DNA from: Anthoceros angustus
Taxonomy: Eukaryota; Plantae; Anthocerotophyta
Direction of reading: 5' to 3'
NCBI GenBank assembly: GCA_010909165.1
Contig: MU008164.1
Span: 1,674,001 to 1,738,000, forward strand
Length of the DNA: 64,000 bases
Both the position numbers and the translations under genes were made by a program. Below the pieces are notes generated by a model. The model searched no databases. It saw only the letters and a program-made list of their open reading frames with translations, and had not been told where the DNA came from. This document shows, in pieces, positions 23,851 through 37,000 of this stretch. The stretch's first letter is position 1. Each line of letters starts with the position of its first letter.

Positions 23851-24689
23851 GCTCTTCACTCGTTGTCGACCTGAGCAGAGTCGTGGATTCCATCGCGAGG
23901 CTCAAGATTTACGTTTAGCTCCAGCCCCCAGGTATGTATGTACATAGAATGTGCAGAGATGAGTAATGCCGAAGATTCATGTCCACCAGGTAAGTGCCCA
24001 CAAGCATGTTTTTTGTGGGTCCTTGTGTTTGGCACAATCACTTGCACATGCCACCAGCAGGCAAGAAAAGCTAACGTTGCAAACCTGCTTTATTAGTCCA
24101 TGCAGTGCCGCTTGGCGGTCAAGCATCCCACATTTTGCATCCATTACCACCAGGCAAAATATTGCCAATCCCTACGAGTAGCTATATTATCCACGAGATA
24201 TGTCTCGTTGGAGGATCAGGGGCCAGCTGATGCCCCCACCCTTAAGTCAGGAGGGCATTGAAGCAACACGGGAGTTCGGCCCCACCTTCGAGTTATCCGG
24301 GCTTCCGTCCGGCAGTTGAGTGCACACATATTAACAATGTCTAAAAAGGATCTCTGCCGGGTGCAGTATGTTGTCAAGGGTGAGAGGAGGGGGCCGCTAT
24401 CTTCCACCACAATTGTCTGATGGGAGGAGGCGTACCTAGTCCCTTCGGAAAGCCCCCGTGTGGAAGACCATGGTTATCTTCCAAGAATTTAAGAGAAAAA
24501 ATAAAAATTAGCCAAGAGAAAAGGGAAAACGGTCTACATGTTTTTGGGCAGAACACAGGGTGGTCATTCGGACTCCGCGACCCAGCCAGATCGGACTGGC
24601 TGATTCTTTATTTTTTCTCACGGTCGACCCTTACAACTGCCACCAGAGGTGTCTCACTCGGAGTGTTCAACAGGCCAAACGCCAGAGCT

Positions 24690-25946
24690 AGCTTCTCAGC
24701 ATGCCCACAAAGCCGCGCAAAAGTAACATGGTTAGCCAGAATTAAGCCCTCCTGTTCCATCCGTTCATGCAGAACAAGCGCCTCTTGCCCGAGCCCTTGC
24801 TGTGCATACCCAGCTAACATGGCAATCTATGTCACCACATTCTTCGTGTTCATGCTGTCAAAAACCTGGCGTGCGTCTTTCAGTTCACCACATTTAGCAT
24901 ACCCGGCAATACATTCTTCGTGTTCATGCTGTCAAAAACCTGGCGTGCGTCTTTCAGTTCACCACATTTAGCATACCCGGCAATACATTCTTCGTGTTCA
25001 TGCTGTCAAAAACCTGGCGTGCCTCTTTCAGTTCACCACATTTAGAATACCCGGCAATCAGCCCCGTCCAGGTCACCACATCCTCTGAGGCCATGCTGTC
25101 AAAAACCTAGCGTGCATTTTCAGTTCGCCACATTTGGCATACGTGCCCACCAGACTGTTGCCAACAAACAAGTTAGTAGGAATGCCACTCTCCACCACAT
25201 CGCAGTGCAGTTTTCTGCCAGATTCCAAGTCAGCGGCAAATGCACAAGTCTGAAGGGTAGCAACAAGGACGTGCTCATTCGCCTCCACTCCTGACCTACG
25301 CATCTCATGGTACAGTTGTATGGCCTCATTAGGTTTCCCGTGCTTAGCATGGGCAGAGATTATGGAAAACCACATGAAGACATTTGGTCTGGCGACCCTG
25401 GTGAATACATCCATGGCCTTCTGCAGCCTACCTCCACATGCATACATGCGCAAGATATGGTTCCCCAAGTATGCACTTGACTCGTCGCCCCACAACCAAA
25501 TCCTTCTTAGCTGTACACAGTTTTAGCACACTGTAAAACAGGGACAGAGAAATAGCAGGGTCTGTCTGCACCAGAGATTCCAGGGCTCCATAGGCCTCAG
25601 AAAGCTGCCCCTGCTGACATAGCATGCTCACGGTTGCAGCCGTTACGACTCCCATTTCCGATCCTCCACGCCTGCCAGGTTCAGGGTTATCTGGAGAGCT
25701 CGACTCGAAAAGAGAGGCACCATGGTCCATATGCATATCCAAGGAATCGAGCTGCTCATCAACCCAAGCTGGCTTAAACATGTTGTCTAACCACAGCACC
25801 TCACCGAACCCCTTACGCCGGAAGTCAGGCGAAGGAAAGCTCTTCTTGTTTCCTCTATTGTCCCACCACATGCTAGGGTCCAGAAAAATTGTTGCCACAA
25901 GTGCTCCTGCTCCTGGCGACGACGATCGCTGTAAAACCCGTCCCAA
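24690..25946 (-). pseudogene. 5' part of a PLS-class PPR gene, frameshifted and truncated
   Basis: SMLCQQGQLSEA...FYSVLKLC..KKDL..GRRV; YLGNHILRMYACGG...NVFMWFSIISAHAKHG...FVGNSLVGTYAKCGEL. Confidence 0.85.
24841..25062. repeat. 74-bp unit triplicated inside the PPR relic
   Basis: tcttcgtgttcatgctgtcaaaaacctggcg starts at 24841, 24915, 24989. Confidence 0.9.
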
Positions 25947-26464
25947 CCCTCACATTTTGTCGGTAGAGGAAGTGCTGGGCTCCTTACACTCCTGCTCCTG
26001 GAGGCTTTGTTTGCCAGGGGTTCACCCCTTACAGTGGGGTGAGCGGGAGCTCCTAGTAGAATCCCTGTACACACAGGCATCATATATTTACGTCGACATG
26101 CCTGCCTCTATTGGCCAATATTCCTGTTGGAATCTTGAAGCACGACTTCCACCAATAGCTGCAGCTGGAGAGTGCCGGCCATTCACTGCATCTGCAAAAT
26201 AGAAGGAAAGTGGTGAGTGCTAATTCTGTGCTGGTCATGTTCTCAACCAGAAAAACTTCAAACCTTTTGCAGGAAACGATTAGCAGCCTTCTGGACACTT
26301 TCCTTCTGGACACTTTCGGTACTTCTCTCCGGTCTGAGGTTGTACCCATTCAACTCATCTGCGATCTCGCGCTGGAGGCTACACACGGAGGAAGCCAGCG
26401 CGCCCAGGTAAACTGGATACGTGCTTGAATACACACACTTGACAGAGTTGAACATGGACAATTG

Positions 26465-27845
26465 TCAAACAGCGAAATCATTTGGTCGGAAAAGACGGTA
26501 GGAATGGCTCCAGAATAAGTTACTCTTACCTTTGGAAATGAGACTCCATGCACTGTCGAGAATCTTTTGTCTCACCAAGTGCGTTCACAAACCCTCTTCA
26601 CGGAGCGGAGTCAGTAAAAATAGTGAAGTAGATGTATCACCTAACAAGGTTGTTCAATGTACTTCACCGTTGCTACTATCTTCGGTCATTGAAAGAGCTG
26701 CCAGCGCTGGAGTCTGGCCTGGAAGCTGACTTTCATGACTACCCAGAATCCTGAGAGTCCAGATTGAGGTGGAAGAAAGCAGGCACTTCACCGTCATTGT
26801 TTTTGTGTGCAGAGAGGCATACAAACTGTAAGCATGTACATCTCCAAGGATAATAGGTGGGACGCCACGGTCCTGACTCAATCACTCTGGTTTCCGTCGA
26901 AATGCGATCAAACGATTACCCTCAAACGACTGCCCTCTGTCCGCCACAGATATAAGTTTCCTTTCCAGCTCCTAAAGCCCAAAATCGGCCAACTTGTGCC
27001 CGTGGTGGCCATGTCCAAGGCACAAAAGTCTCCCTCGCCATGCAAAGATAACTCTTGGCACCGAATCCTTATCTTCGTCAGGACCTTGCTACTTCCCATC
27101 CCAAATAACTCGGCCACTTTTTGAGACACTGGATATTCCTCAGGTTGGTCCATTTTCCTTCGCACAGTTCAACGTTGCACAGAAAACAGATCGGAGGCCA
27201 GTCGTTTGTTCGTATTAAGACGTCTCTGGGTGAATCAGGGCCGTGGCTTTCCAGTTACTATCCTTGGACCTGTAGATGCTTACAGTTCATTTACCTTCCG
27301 CATACAGAACAGAACAACGACTTGTGAACGACTGGTGAAGCGCCGGCTTTGTTCCGCCTCAAGCTCGAATCTCAAGGATTTTGGGTAATCATAAGAGTCA
27401 CCTTTAATGCCAAACAGCTCTTTGAATGTTAACTCTTCCCTACTGCCTTCTCGCAATCGTCATCCTCCTCATCATAAGCTCGAGAATCATCCTCTTCCTC
27501 TGCCGTCGAGTACCTCTCCTCATCCTCCTCCTTTTCTTCCTCCGCTTCCGCTTCCTCTTCCTCATCATCCTTCTCCTCCTCCTCCTGCTCCCCTTCCTCT
27601 TCCTCCTCCTCATCATCCTCCTTCTCCTCCCTCTCCTCCTTCTCCTCCTTCTCCCCCTCCTCCCCTTCCTCTTCCTCCTCCTCATCATCCTCCTCCTCCT
27701 CTTCGTCGTCCTCCTCTTCCTCATCAAACTTCCTCATCAGATTGCTCCACAAACGAGGCTTCATCTTGACGCTGTGTGGATTCAAAGGTTCCGCCAACCG
27801 ACCATACACAAGACTTGCAGCTGGAAATGGGGTTTCTCGATCCAT
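26465..27845 (-). pseudogene. F-box family relic with F-box deleted (KPRLWSNL joined directly to a long D/E tract)
   Basis: Homology to 56065-57996 and 16342-17925 (GRLAEPL, YISKDNRW, WELERK, LFRPND). Confidence 0.75.
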
Positions 27846-30000
27846 GTTTCGCGCAGTTGAAGGAGCTCGTACGTTTGTGGTGAATCATTGGTTGGTCCTC
27901 CCAGCCTCCGCGCGAGAAGACTGCCCCACAAAGGACGACCCCTCGGTCGACCCTCCTCAGCAGCCAGGTCAGTCCAATGAAGTTCCCAGTCCTCCTCATC
28001 CCTGGCGGCTCAGTCTGAGAAGTTCCAGTTCCGGCGGGAATGACAGAATCACAGCCATTTCAAACCCTTGTGTGACTGCGATTTCTATGGCAGAACTGGC
28101 CAGCCAATACCTAGAACGTTTTTCTTTTATTAGTGAATATATAGGTATACGCTCCCGTATGCATGCTCTGTCTAACGCCATGTTCGACACTTTCACCAGA
28201 AAGGGTGTGGTGACATAGGCGGCACTAGTGCTGGCTGGGTATGCACAGCGAGGGCTCAGCCAATAGAGCAAGAGGGCCTGATTGTGGCTGACCATGTTAC
28301 TTTAGCTTGCATGCATTCTGAAGGCCTGTGCAAGCACTGGCGCCTCACAGAAAGGCAGGGGCAGCTGCACTTCCAAATTGTGGAAGGGGACAGCTATAAT
28401 GTGACATTTTAATGGGCAACAGTACTGAACTGCAAGATGCACGCCGGGTGTTTGACAGTTGGGCCTCTCAAGGAATGTGGTGCCATGTACTTCCTTGACA
28501 GCTGGGTACGCACAGAAAGGCAGGGGCAGCTGCCTGCCCTCTGTCCGCCACAGATATAAGTTTCCTTTCCAGCTTTCCACGGTGACATCTTCAGAGGTGA
28601 GGAGATGAAGGAATCGACGTGGCTGCCTGTCAAAAGCTGGAAGATTCTACGGGATGCTTTTCTCCAAAATGTCCATACAGATCAAGCCTCTTCATCAACG
28701 TCAACAGAGCCCTTGCTTACATTACATGCCCAGATATCAGCAGTACATTCCATGTACCCCACCTCTTTGAGTCCGTGAATGACCTAGCGTGCATCTTCCA
28801 CTTCGCCACATTTATTTGTTTGGACTCCATTTTCATGCCCACCAGGAGTCCTAAAACTATTTGCATGCCCACCAGGCAGCTGCCCACCAAGCATGTCTTT
28901 TGTGTGGCCTCCTTGTGTGCATACACCGTCGGCGTTCCTGCTTGCATCACATAGCTGGGACAATCGTCATCCTCCTCATCAAACTTCCTCATCATCCTCC
29001 TCCTCTTCGTCGTCCTCCTCATCATCCTCCTCCTCTTCCTCCTCCTCTTCCTCCTCCTCTTCCTCATCATCCTCCTCCTCCTCCTCCTCCCCTTCCTCTT
29101 CCTCCTCCTCATCATCCTCCTTCTCCTCCTCCTCCTTCTCCTCCTTCTCCCCTCCTCCCCTTCCTCTTCCTCCTCCTCATCATCCTCCTCCTCCTCTTCG
29201 TCGTCCTCCTCTTCCTCATCAAACTTCCTCATCAGATTGCTCCACAAACGAGGCTTCATCTTGACGCTGTGTGGATTCAAAGGTTCCGCCAACCGACCAT
29301 ACACAAGACTTGCAGCTGGAAATGGGGTTTCTCGATCCATGTTTCGCGCAGTTGAAGGAGCTCGTACGTTTGTGGTGAATCATTGGTTGGTCCTCCCAGC
29401 CTCCGCGCGAGAAGACTGCCCCACAAAGGACGACCCCTCGGTCGACCCTCCTCAGCAGCCAGGTCAGTCCAATGAAGTTCCCAGTCCTCCTCATCCCTGG
29501 CGGCTCAGTCTGAGAAGTTCCGGTTCCGGCGGGAATGACAGAATCACAGCCATTTCAAACCCTTGTGTGACTGCGATTTCTATGGCAGAACTGGCCAGCC
29601 AATACCTAGAACGTTTTTCTTTTATTAGTGAATATATAGGTATACGCTCCCGTATGCATGCTCTGTCTAACGCCATGTTCGACACTTTCACCAGAAAGGG
29701 TGTGGTGACATAGGCGGCACTAGTGCTGGCTGGGTATGCACAGCGAGGGCTCAGCCAATAGAGCAAGAGGGCCTGATTGTGGCTGACCATGTTACTTTAG
29801 CTTGCATGCATTCTGAAGGCCTGTGCAAGCACTGGCGCCTCACAGAAAGGCAGGGGCAGCTGCACTTCCAAATTGTGGAAGGGGACAGCTATAATGTGAC
29901 ATTTTAATGGGCAACAGTACTGAACTGCAAGATGCACGCCGGGTGTTTGACAGTTGGGCCTCTCAAGGAATGTGGTGCCATGTACTTCCTTGACAGCTGG
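27690..30000. repeat. ~1495-bp tandem duplication of an F-box-5'/upstream/PPR module; a third copy lies at ~63215-64000
   Basis: Near-identical ORFs at 27742 and 29237, and at 27996 and 29491; same text near 63240-63700. Confidence 0.85.
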
Positions 30001-31685
30001 GTACGCACAGAAAGGGCTCTGTGAAGAGTGCTTGATCTGTGTGCAGCAACAGAGTAGGAGCTCCTGCTTTTGGCTATCGAGGTTCCTTTTGCTTGCCTTC
30101 TCAAGGCGTATGGAAGCACTGGTGCCTTGCAAGATCTGAGGGCAGGCAGCTGTAATCACAGATTGTAACACGAAGGCTGCTGAAAGTGACACGCTGGTGG
30201 GTATGGCGTAGGTATTCTTGCAACGATCCATATCCCAGAAATCAGAAGGACATGGGATAGAATTGTAGGTTGTAGATTGTAGATGACCTGTAATGGAAAC
30301 ACTCGTTCGCATAGCCGACATACGAAGGACGAAGGGCGGGAGCTTGACGATGTGGACTACTCTTTCAGGTCCCTGCAACTGTGTCCTACTACCCAGGTCC
30401 CAGAGTCAGAGTCCGAAGCTGCCGCTGCTGCTAGTGGCAACAATTTCGTTTTGCTTGCAGATGGACTCGTTCTCGTGGCCAAACCAGTAGAAAAACCCAG
30501 CTTGCATAGTGCAGTTCGGTACAGGTTGCATTCATACGTCTACCAGGTAAGACTAGTGCCCACAAGCATGTCTTTTGTGTGCATACACCGTCGGCGTTCC
30601 TGCTTGCATCACATAGGGATAATCGTCATCGTCTTTCCAGCTTTCCACGGTGACATCTTCAGAGGTGAGGAGATGAAGGAATCGACGTGGCTGCCTGTCA
30701 AAAGCTGGAAGATTCTACGGATGCTTTTCTCCAAAATGTCCATACAGATCAAGCCTCTTCATCAACGTCAACAGAGCCCTTGCTTACATTACATGCCCAG
30801 ATATCAGCAGTACATTCCATGTACCCCACCTCTTTTGAGTCCGTGAATGACCTAGCGTGCATCTTCCACTTCGCCACATTTATTTGTTTGGACTCCATTT
30901 TCATGCCCACCAGGAGTCCTAAAACTATTTGCATGCCCACCAGGCAGCTGCCCACCAAGCATGTCTTTTGTGTGGCCTCCTTGTGTGTGCATACACCGTC
31001 GGCGTTCCTGCTTGCATCACATAGCTGGGACAATCGTCATCGTCTTTCCAGCATTTCACGGTGACAGCTTCAGAGGTTAGGAAACGAAGGCATCGATATA
31101 TACGTCGACATGCCTGCCTCTCAGAAGTTGCAACGTTCTACGGGATGCGTTTCTCCATTTGTCCATCCGGATCTTGCAGTTGCAAGAATGCCTCTTCATC
31201 AACATAGCCCTTGCTGACAGTACATGCCCAGCTATCATCCTCAGGACATTCCATGTCCCCACCTCTTTTCAGTTCAAACCGTGAATGACCTAGCGTACGC
31301 GTGCGTCTTCCACTTCGCCACATTTGTCCTCCATGCCCACCAGTGTGACATGGCATTTTCTAGCTGCGCTGGTTTCCAACAATTTTTGCGAGTGCAGATG
31401 CCTGCCCTCTTGCAAGGCACCAGTGCATCCACAGGCCTTGAAAAGGCAAGCAAAAGTAACCTCGGTAGGCTAGCTAAACTAGCCTAGGCGCTCCTACTCC
31501 ACTTATGCACACACATCTAGCGGCTACCTCTTCACAGAGCCCTTTCACGCGTGCGTACCCATGAGCTGTCTGGACGTCCATGCAGGCACAACACAGGGCG
31601 CCGATAATGAAGGCAGGATGACACGGAGCAGAACTCCTAGCTAGGCCTTCACAATGTGATATGCCAACAACGGAAAGCGTGAAGG

Positions 31686-31848
31686 GATTGACTCCAAGTG
31701 TACAGGAGCAGACGGTGTGCACGTACGTGGAGGGAGCCTCTATGTGCAATAGAGGAACATGGTGAAATATTCTTGCTATCAGGAAGCGCCGATGAGGTCA
31801 GAATCAGCTTGTGGGGATACTAGCCCTTGCAAGAGAAGTGGACGCGAG
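31686..31848 (+). pseudogene. ELP2: ELP2 5' fragment interrupted by the Gypsy insertion (continues 54438-54510)
   Basis: GADGV..VEGA..CNR, LLSG...KW.RG|CELG; flanks join to a sequence homologous to 15682-15740. Confidence 0.7.
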
Positions 31849-32059
31849 TGTCACGGATAAGGTTTGATAGCGCTTAGTCTTCCGCAATTAGAGGCTGGAT
31901 AATCCGCTGTTTGCTGAAATCACGGCTAGGCTACCACCACAATATGTGGCATGTACTACGCAAGCCATACAAGCCCGGCTCCCTTACTAGTAGACAGTCT
32001 CTCTTGGTACAAGTGTACTCCCCTACTTGCTCCCTGTTTGCGAAGTCCGGCTCATGACA
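31849..32059 (+). repeat. 5' LTR (211 bp); duplicated copy at 36034-36237
   Basis: TG...CA ends; matches 54223-54437. Confidence 0.92.
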
Positions 32060-32061
32060 AC

Positions 32062-32073
32062 TGGTATCAGAGC
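32062..32073 (+). promoter_or_regulatory. Primer-binding site for initiator tRNA-Met
   Basis: TGGTATCAGAGC 2 nt after the LTR. Confidence 0.9.
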
Positions 32074-32160
32074 CCGGTCGATCGGTGCAATCGATCATGG
32101 CCTTGGGCTTAGGGTAGGAATGTTCTAACGCGTTTATTGTGTGTCATTAGAAGGTCCGCC

Positions 32161-34034
32161 ATGGGAGAAGCTGGTCTCGACCCTACCCGGCTAGCTCGAA
32201 TGCTTGCCGAAGCTCACCATGAGCTAAGGCAGTCCAAGATGCGCTGTGCGGAGAGAGATGATGCACTGTGCGGAGAGAGATGCCCGTGTAGCTCAGTTGG
32301 AGGCTGCGGTTGTGCAGCTGCGCGCCAGTGCGATGGTGAGGTGCATACTGCGGCAACTCAGCGAGCCTGAGGACAACGATTGGGTCGAAGATCTCCAAGC
32401 CTGATAATTTTGAAGGCAAGGGGGACCCGGTGGAGGTTGAACTCTGGATCCATCAAGTAGAGACGTATGTTCAGCTAAGCAAGACTGAGCCGGGGCAAGA
32501 GATATAGACGGCAGCTACATACTTGAAGGGGGCGGCTCAGTTGTGGTGGGTGCAGTTGCTTCGGTCGATTTCGCAAGGAGCGGCAGTAGCGCCTCGGAGC
32601 CTCGACGAGTTCTTACAGCTGATCCATGTGCAATTTGTACCCTTGGAAGCAAGACAAGTTGCTCGAGAGAAGCTAGCTCGATTGACACAGCAGACAACAG
32701 TTGCAGCATACACTCGCGAGTTTTGCATGATCAATCATGAGCCTTCCCGGCATCACGGACGAAGAGAAACTAGACAAGTATTCTCGAGGTTTGAGACATG
32801 CCATTCGTAAGGACGTTGTTCTAAGGCGGTGTCACACATTCGAGGAAGCAGTTCAGATTGCGGAGTCCGCTGATGCTTTGTACTACGAATTTAGAGGTTG
32901 GTATAAGCCACGAAATTCCGGGGGCTTGGGATCTGGAGATGGACCAGCCCCTATGGAACTTGGGGAAGCACAAGCATTTTCAGGTCAGTGTTATACTTGT
33001 AATGGGTGGGGTCATCGTGCCAGAGATTGTCCGCAATGATTAGCTCGAGGCCAAGGTGGTCGGGGACGGGGACGACTGCAAGCTGCTGGAGCACGAGTTC
33101 CTCCTGCTGCTCGGCAGTTCAACGAGGTGCAAAGGGTTGAAGGTGCGGGAAACGAGCCTACCCATCAGTCTTAGGGGAACGTGCTGGGCTAGGGCAGCCT
33201 CCTGGTGATACTCCTGTGGTGAGTACCCACCGAAGCCCACGAACACGAGAGTTTGTTCACTTTGCAGGGACAGGTAAACAGTCAGCATTGTCGCATTTTG
33301 CTTGACTGTGGCGCTAACACCAATTTTATGGCCAGGACCTTTGCCCATCGGTGGGGATTGGATACGGTCAAGGTTGTGGAGCAGTGCACCTGGCAGACGG
33401 GCGTGTGCAACATCGGGCGACATTGAGTCGTGTGGTTAATTTACGGTTAGGAGCTCATTGTGAGCAGGTTTGTTTTACCATTACAGACTTAGGGAATGGT
33501 CATGACCTCATTTTAGGGATGCCGTGGCTCGAGAATCGGGAGCCCGCCATAACTTGGTGTGGGAAGGAGCTCACTCTCGTAGTCCGTGGTCGACGTCTAG
33601 TTGTCCGGGGTGGACGGCTTCAGAAGCCCGAGAGTCAGGTCCAACAAGTCTCTGCTGTACAGATGGTTCGTGATATGAGATGCCAAAATGTGCCCTCCTT
33701 TTTGTGTGTTATTAAGGAGCGACTTTGTCCAACTCGACCCGATCAGTTACAGGCACCTGAGCATGATAAGCCCTTGCAGGCGATACTGACTGAGTTTAAT
33801 GATGTTCTGGTAGACAGTTTGCCACCAGGATTACCCCCATCTCGTGATGTTGATCACCGTATTGAATTTTTGCCAGGTACTCGTAAGCCCCCATATCGTC
33901 CTGTGTACCGGATGTCCCCACTAGAAAATGAGGAGTTGTCTCGCTAGGTTGAGGAGTTGCTAGAGAAGGGCCATATACGACCGTCTACTTCCCCCTACGG
34001 AGCACCTATTCTGTTCTCGCGAAAGAAAAACGGT
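32161..34034 (+). pseudogene. Gypsy gag (CCHC knuckle), protease and RT N-terminus; degraded second copy ~36330-38032
   Basis: [69 protein letters not shown]. Confidence 0.9.
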
Positions 34035-37000
34035 AAGCAGTGGCGGGGGAGCAGACGGAGGCGTCACGGCCGAGAACGGTCGAGGCCGTCGGTGAGGCGT
34101 TCCGTGCACCCGGCAGCGTTCGTCCCTCGGCATAAGGGAGCGGCCGAGGCTAGGGCCGAGACGCGTGCGCAACTCGACTGCAGAGCGAGGTGATAGCCGA
34201 GATCTGTGCGCATTTTAAGAATTGTTGCCTTGTCCAACCAGGTTAGAAGTCTTTTTTCTCTCTCTTTTGGAGATTTCACTTTCGCACTTCAGAGTTTTCA
34301 CTTTCACGTGCATTTTCACTTCCGCATTTTAGAGTTTTCACTTTCACGAGATTATGTTCGTCAGGTTTTACGTTTCATCTTTTCTAACTATCTTCTACTG
34401 GTGTTGAAGGGGTGTACACCGGCGATTTTGGATGCCTCTTGAGTAATATTTCTTTCTTTGTTCATTATACGGTCCGGATAGAAAGTTTATCATTTGAAAA
34501 TCTCGTCTAAACGAGAATATTTCTGCAGGCAATGGTAAGTGTAAGACATCGTACATATCAAATCTAGCCACTGTAAATATAATATACTAACCTCAAACAG
34601 TGCAAACAACTCCTTTTGATTCTTCGATAACTACAAACAATGAAAAGCGGTTAATATTTTACCTCCATTTCAAGTCACAGTAGATCCTATTCGGTAAATA
34701 CCTTTCTGACTAATGTTAAGCAATGGCTGTGAAGATTTTCCACACTGCGGAAATGTGATTGAACGTTCTAGAAAGAGACACGAACGTTAGAATTTGCATA
34801 TTTAGTAAATACCAATATTATATTTTCCTTGTTTATCTGAGAAAATGTTCTGAACCAACCTTTTGAATGTTTTTCGTAGTTTCTGGATCTTCCATGAGAA
34901 TCAACAAGTCATGTTTTTAGCTCCTTATTTTCAATGGCTACTGATATTTCTACATTATCAAAACACAAAATATTCATTAATACTACATAAACTGATTCAA
35001 ATAATCTATTATAAACAACATAAACCAAAAACACTTACTTTTCTGGATCTCCATGTACTGCTCTAGTGTTGGTGTAGACCCATCTTCATTGCAGATTGGC
35101 TGCGCTGGATCTTTGAGACTATGTTCCCAAATGGGAACATATCTATTTTTGAAATCTTGGAATACTTGTGGATACTGAAAGTTATCCATCCATTTTCCAA
35201 AGCCAACAAATTCCTTTGACGGTCCAACGTTGGTGCATTATCTTTTGACTCGTCTTTTTTCCTCTTTTTGTCCTTTGGAAAAATAGTAATTAGTAAGTCA
35301 AATACTAGTTACAAATATACTAAATTAATTACAAATATACAATAGCAATTACCTGATGAGAGATGGCTGTGTTGTTGATTTTATCATCCATTGCTTCTAC
35401 CTTTTCCTTAATTTCCTTAGCTGCAGCTACTTGTTCAGCAGCACTCTGTAAACAAATACATTCTAATGTAAACAAATACATATAATACAAAATGTTTGTT
35501 GTTTACCTCCAAAATTGACTGAATTGAGATTTGATGTCCATTGAACCTCCGGACGAGTCATTGTTTCCAACAATTTTTGCGAGTGCAGATGCCTGCCCTC
35601 TTGCAAGCACCAGTGCATCCACAGGCCTTGAAAGGCAAGCAAAGTAACCTCGGTAGGCTAGCTAAACTAGCCTAGGCGCTCCTACTCACTTATGCACACA
35701 CATCTAGCGGCTACCTCTTCACAGAGCCCTTTCACGCGTGCGTACCCATGAGCTGTCTGGACGTCCATGCAGGCACAACACAGGGCGCCGATAATGAAGG
35801 CAGGATGACACGGAGCAGAACCCGTAGCTAGGCCTTCACAATGTGATATGCCAACAACGGAAAGCGTGAAGGGATTGACTCCAAGTGTACAGGAGCAGAC
35901 GGTGTGCACGTGTGGAGGGAGCCTCTATGTGCAATAGAGGAACATGGTGAAATATTCTTGCTATCAGGAAGCGCCGATGAGGTCAGAATCAGCTTGTGGG
36001 GATACTAGCCCTTGCAAGAGAAGTGGACGCGAGTGTCACGGATAAGGTTTGATAGCGCTTAGTCTTCCGCAATTAGAGGCTGGATAATCCGCTGTTTGCT
36101 GAAATCACGGCTAGGCTACCACCACAATATGTGGCATGTACTACGCAAACCATACAAGCCCGGCTCCCTTACTAGTGATGTCTCTCTTGGTACAAGTGTA
36201 CTCCCCTACTTGCTCCTTTGCAGTCCGGCTCATGACAAGCGGTATCGAGCCCGGTCGATCGATTGGCCTTGGGCTTAGGGTAGGAATGTTCTAACGCGTT
36301 TATTGTGTGTCATTAGAAGGTCCGCCATGGAGAAGCTGGTCTCGACCCTACCCGGCTAGCTCGAATGAATGCTTGAAGCTAAGGCGGTCAAGATCTTGTT
36401 GTCGGAGAGAGATGATACCTTTGTCGGAGAGAGATGCCCGTGTAGCTCGGTTGGAGGCTGCGGTTGTGCAGGCTGCAGCAGCCAGTGCAGTGGCTGATGC
36501 CGGCCGGCTCAGCGAGCCTGAGGACAACGATTGGGTCGAAGATCTCCAAGCACGATAATTTTGAAGGCAAGGGGACCCGGTGGAGGTTGAACTGGATCCA
36601 TCAAGTAGAGGCGTATGTTCAGCTAAGCAAGGCGGGGCAAGAGATATGGCGGCCTTGAAGGCGGCTCGGTTGTGGTGGGCGGTTTCTTGATCGGGAGGAT
36701 GGCGCCTCGGAGCCTCGGCGAGTTCTTCTGACTGATCCATGTGCAATTTGTACCCTTGGAAGCAAGACAAGTTGCTCGAGAAGCTAGCTCGATTGACCGG
36801 ACAACGATTGCAGCATACACTCGCGAGTTTTGCATGATCAATCATGAGCCTTCCGGCATCACGCGGACGAAGAGAAACTAGACAAGTATTCGAGGTTTGA
36901 GACATGCCATTCGTAAGGCGTTGTTCTAGGCGGTGTCACACATTCGAGCGATTGATTGAGTCGTGATGCTTTGTACTCAATTAGAGGTTGGTATAAGCCA

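Noticed and set aside
24150-24690. Possible LINE or other TE fragment between PPR relics
   Set aside because: No diagnostic motif found by eye; left unannotated.
27407-29355. Poly-Pro, poly-Ser, poly-Leu and poly-Arg ORFs here and at 56656-57563
   Set aside because: Alternative-frame and antisense readings of the GAG/GAT acidic tracts.
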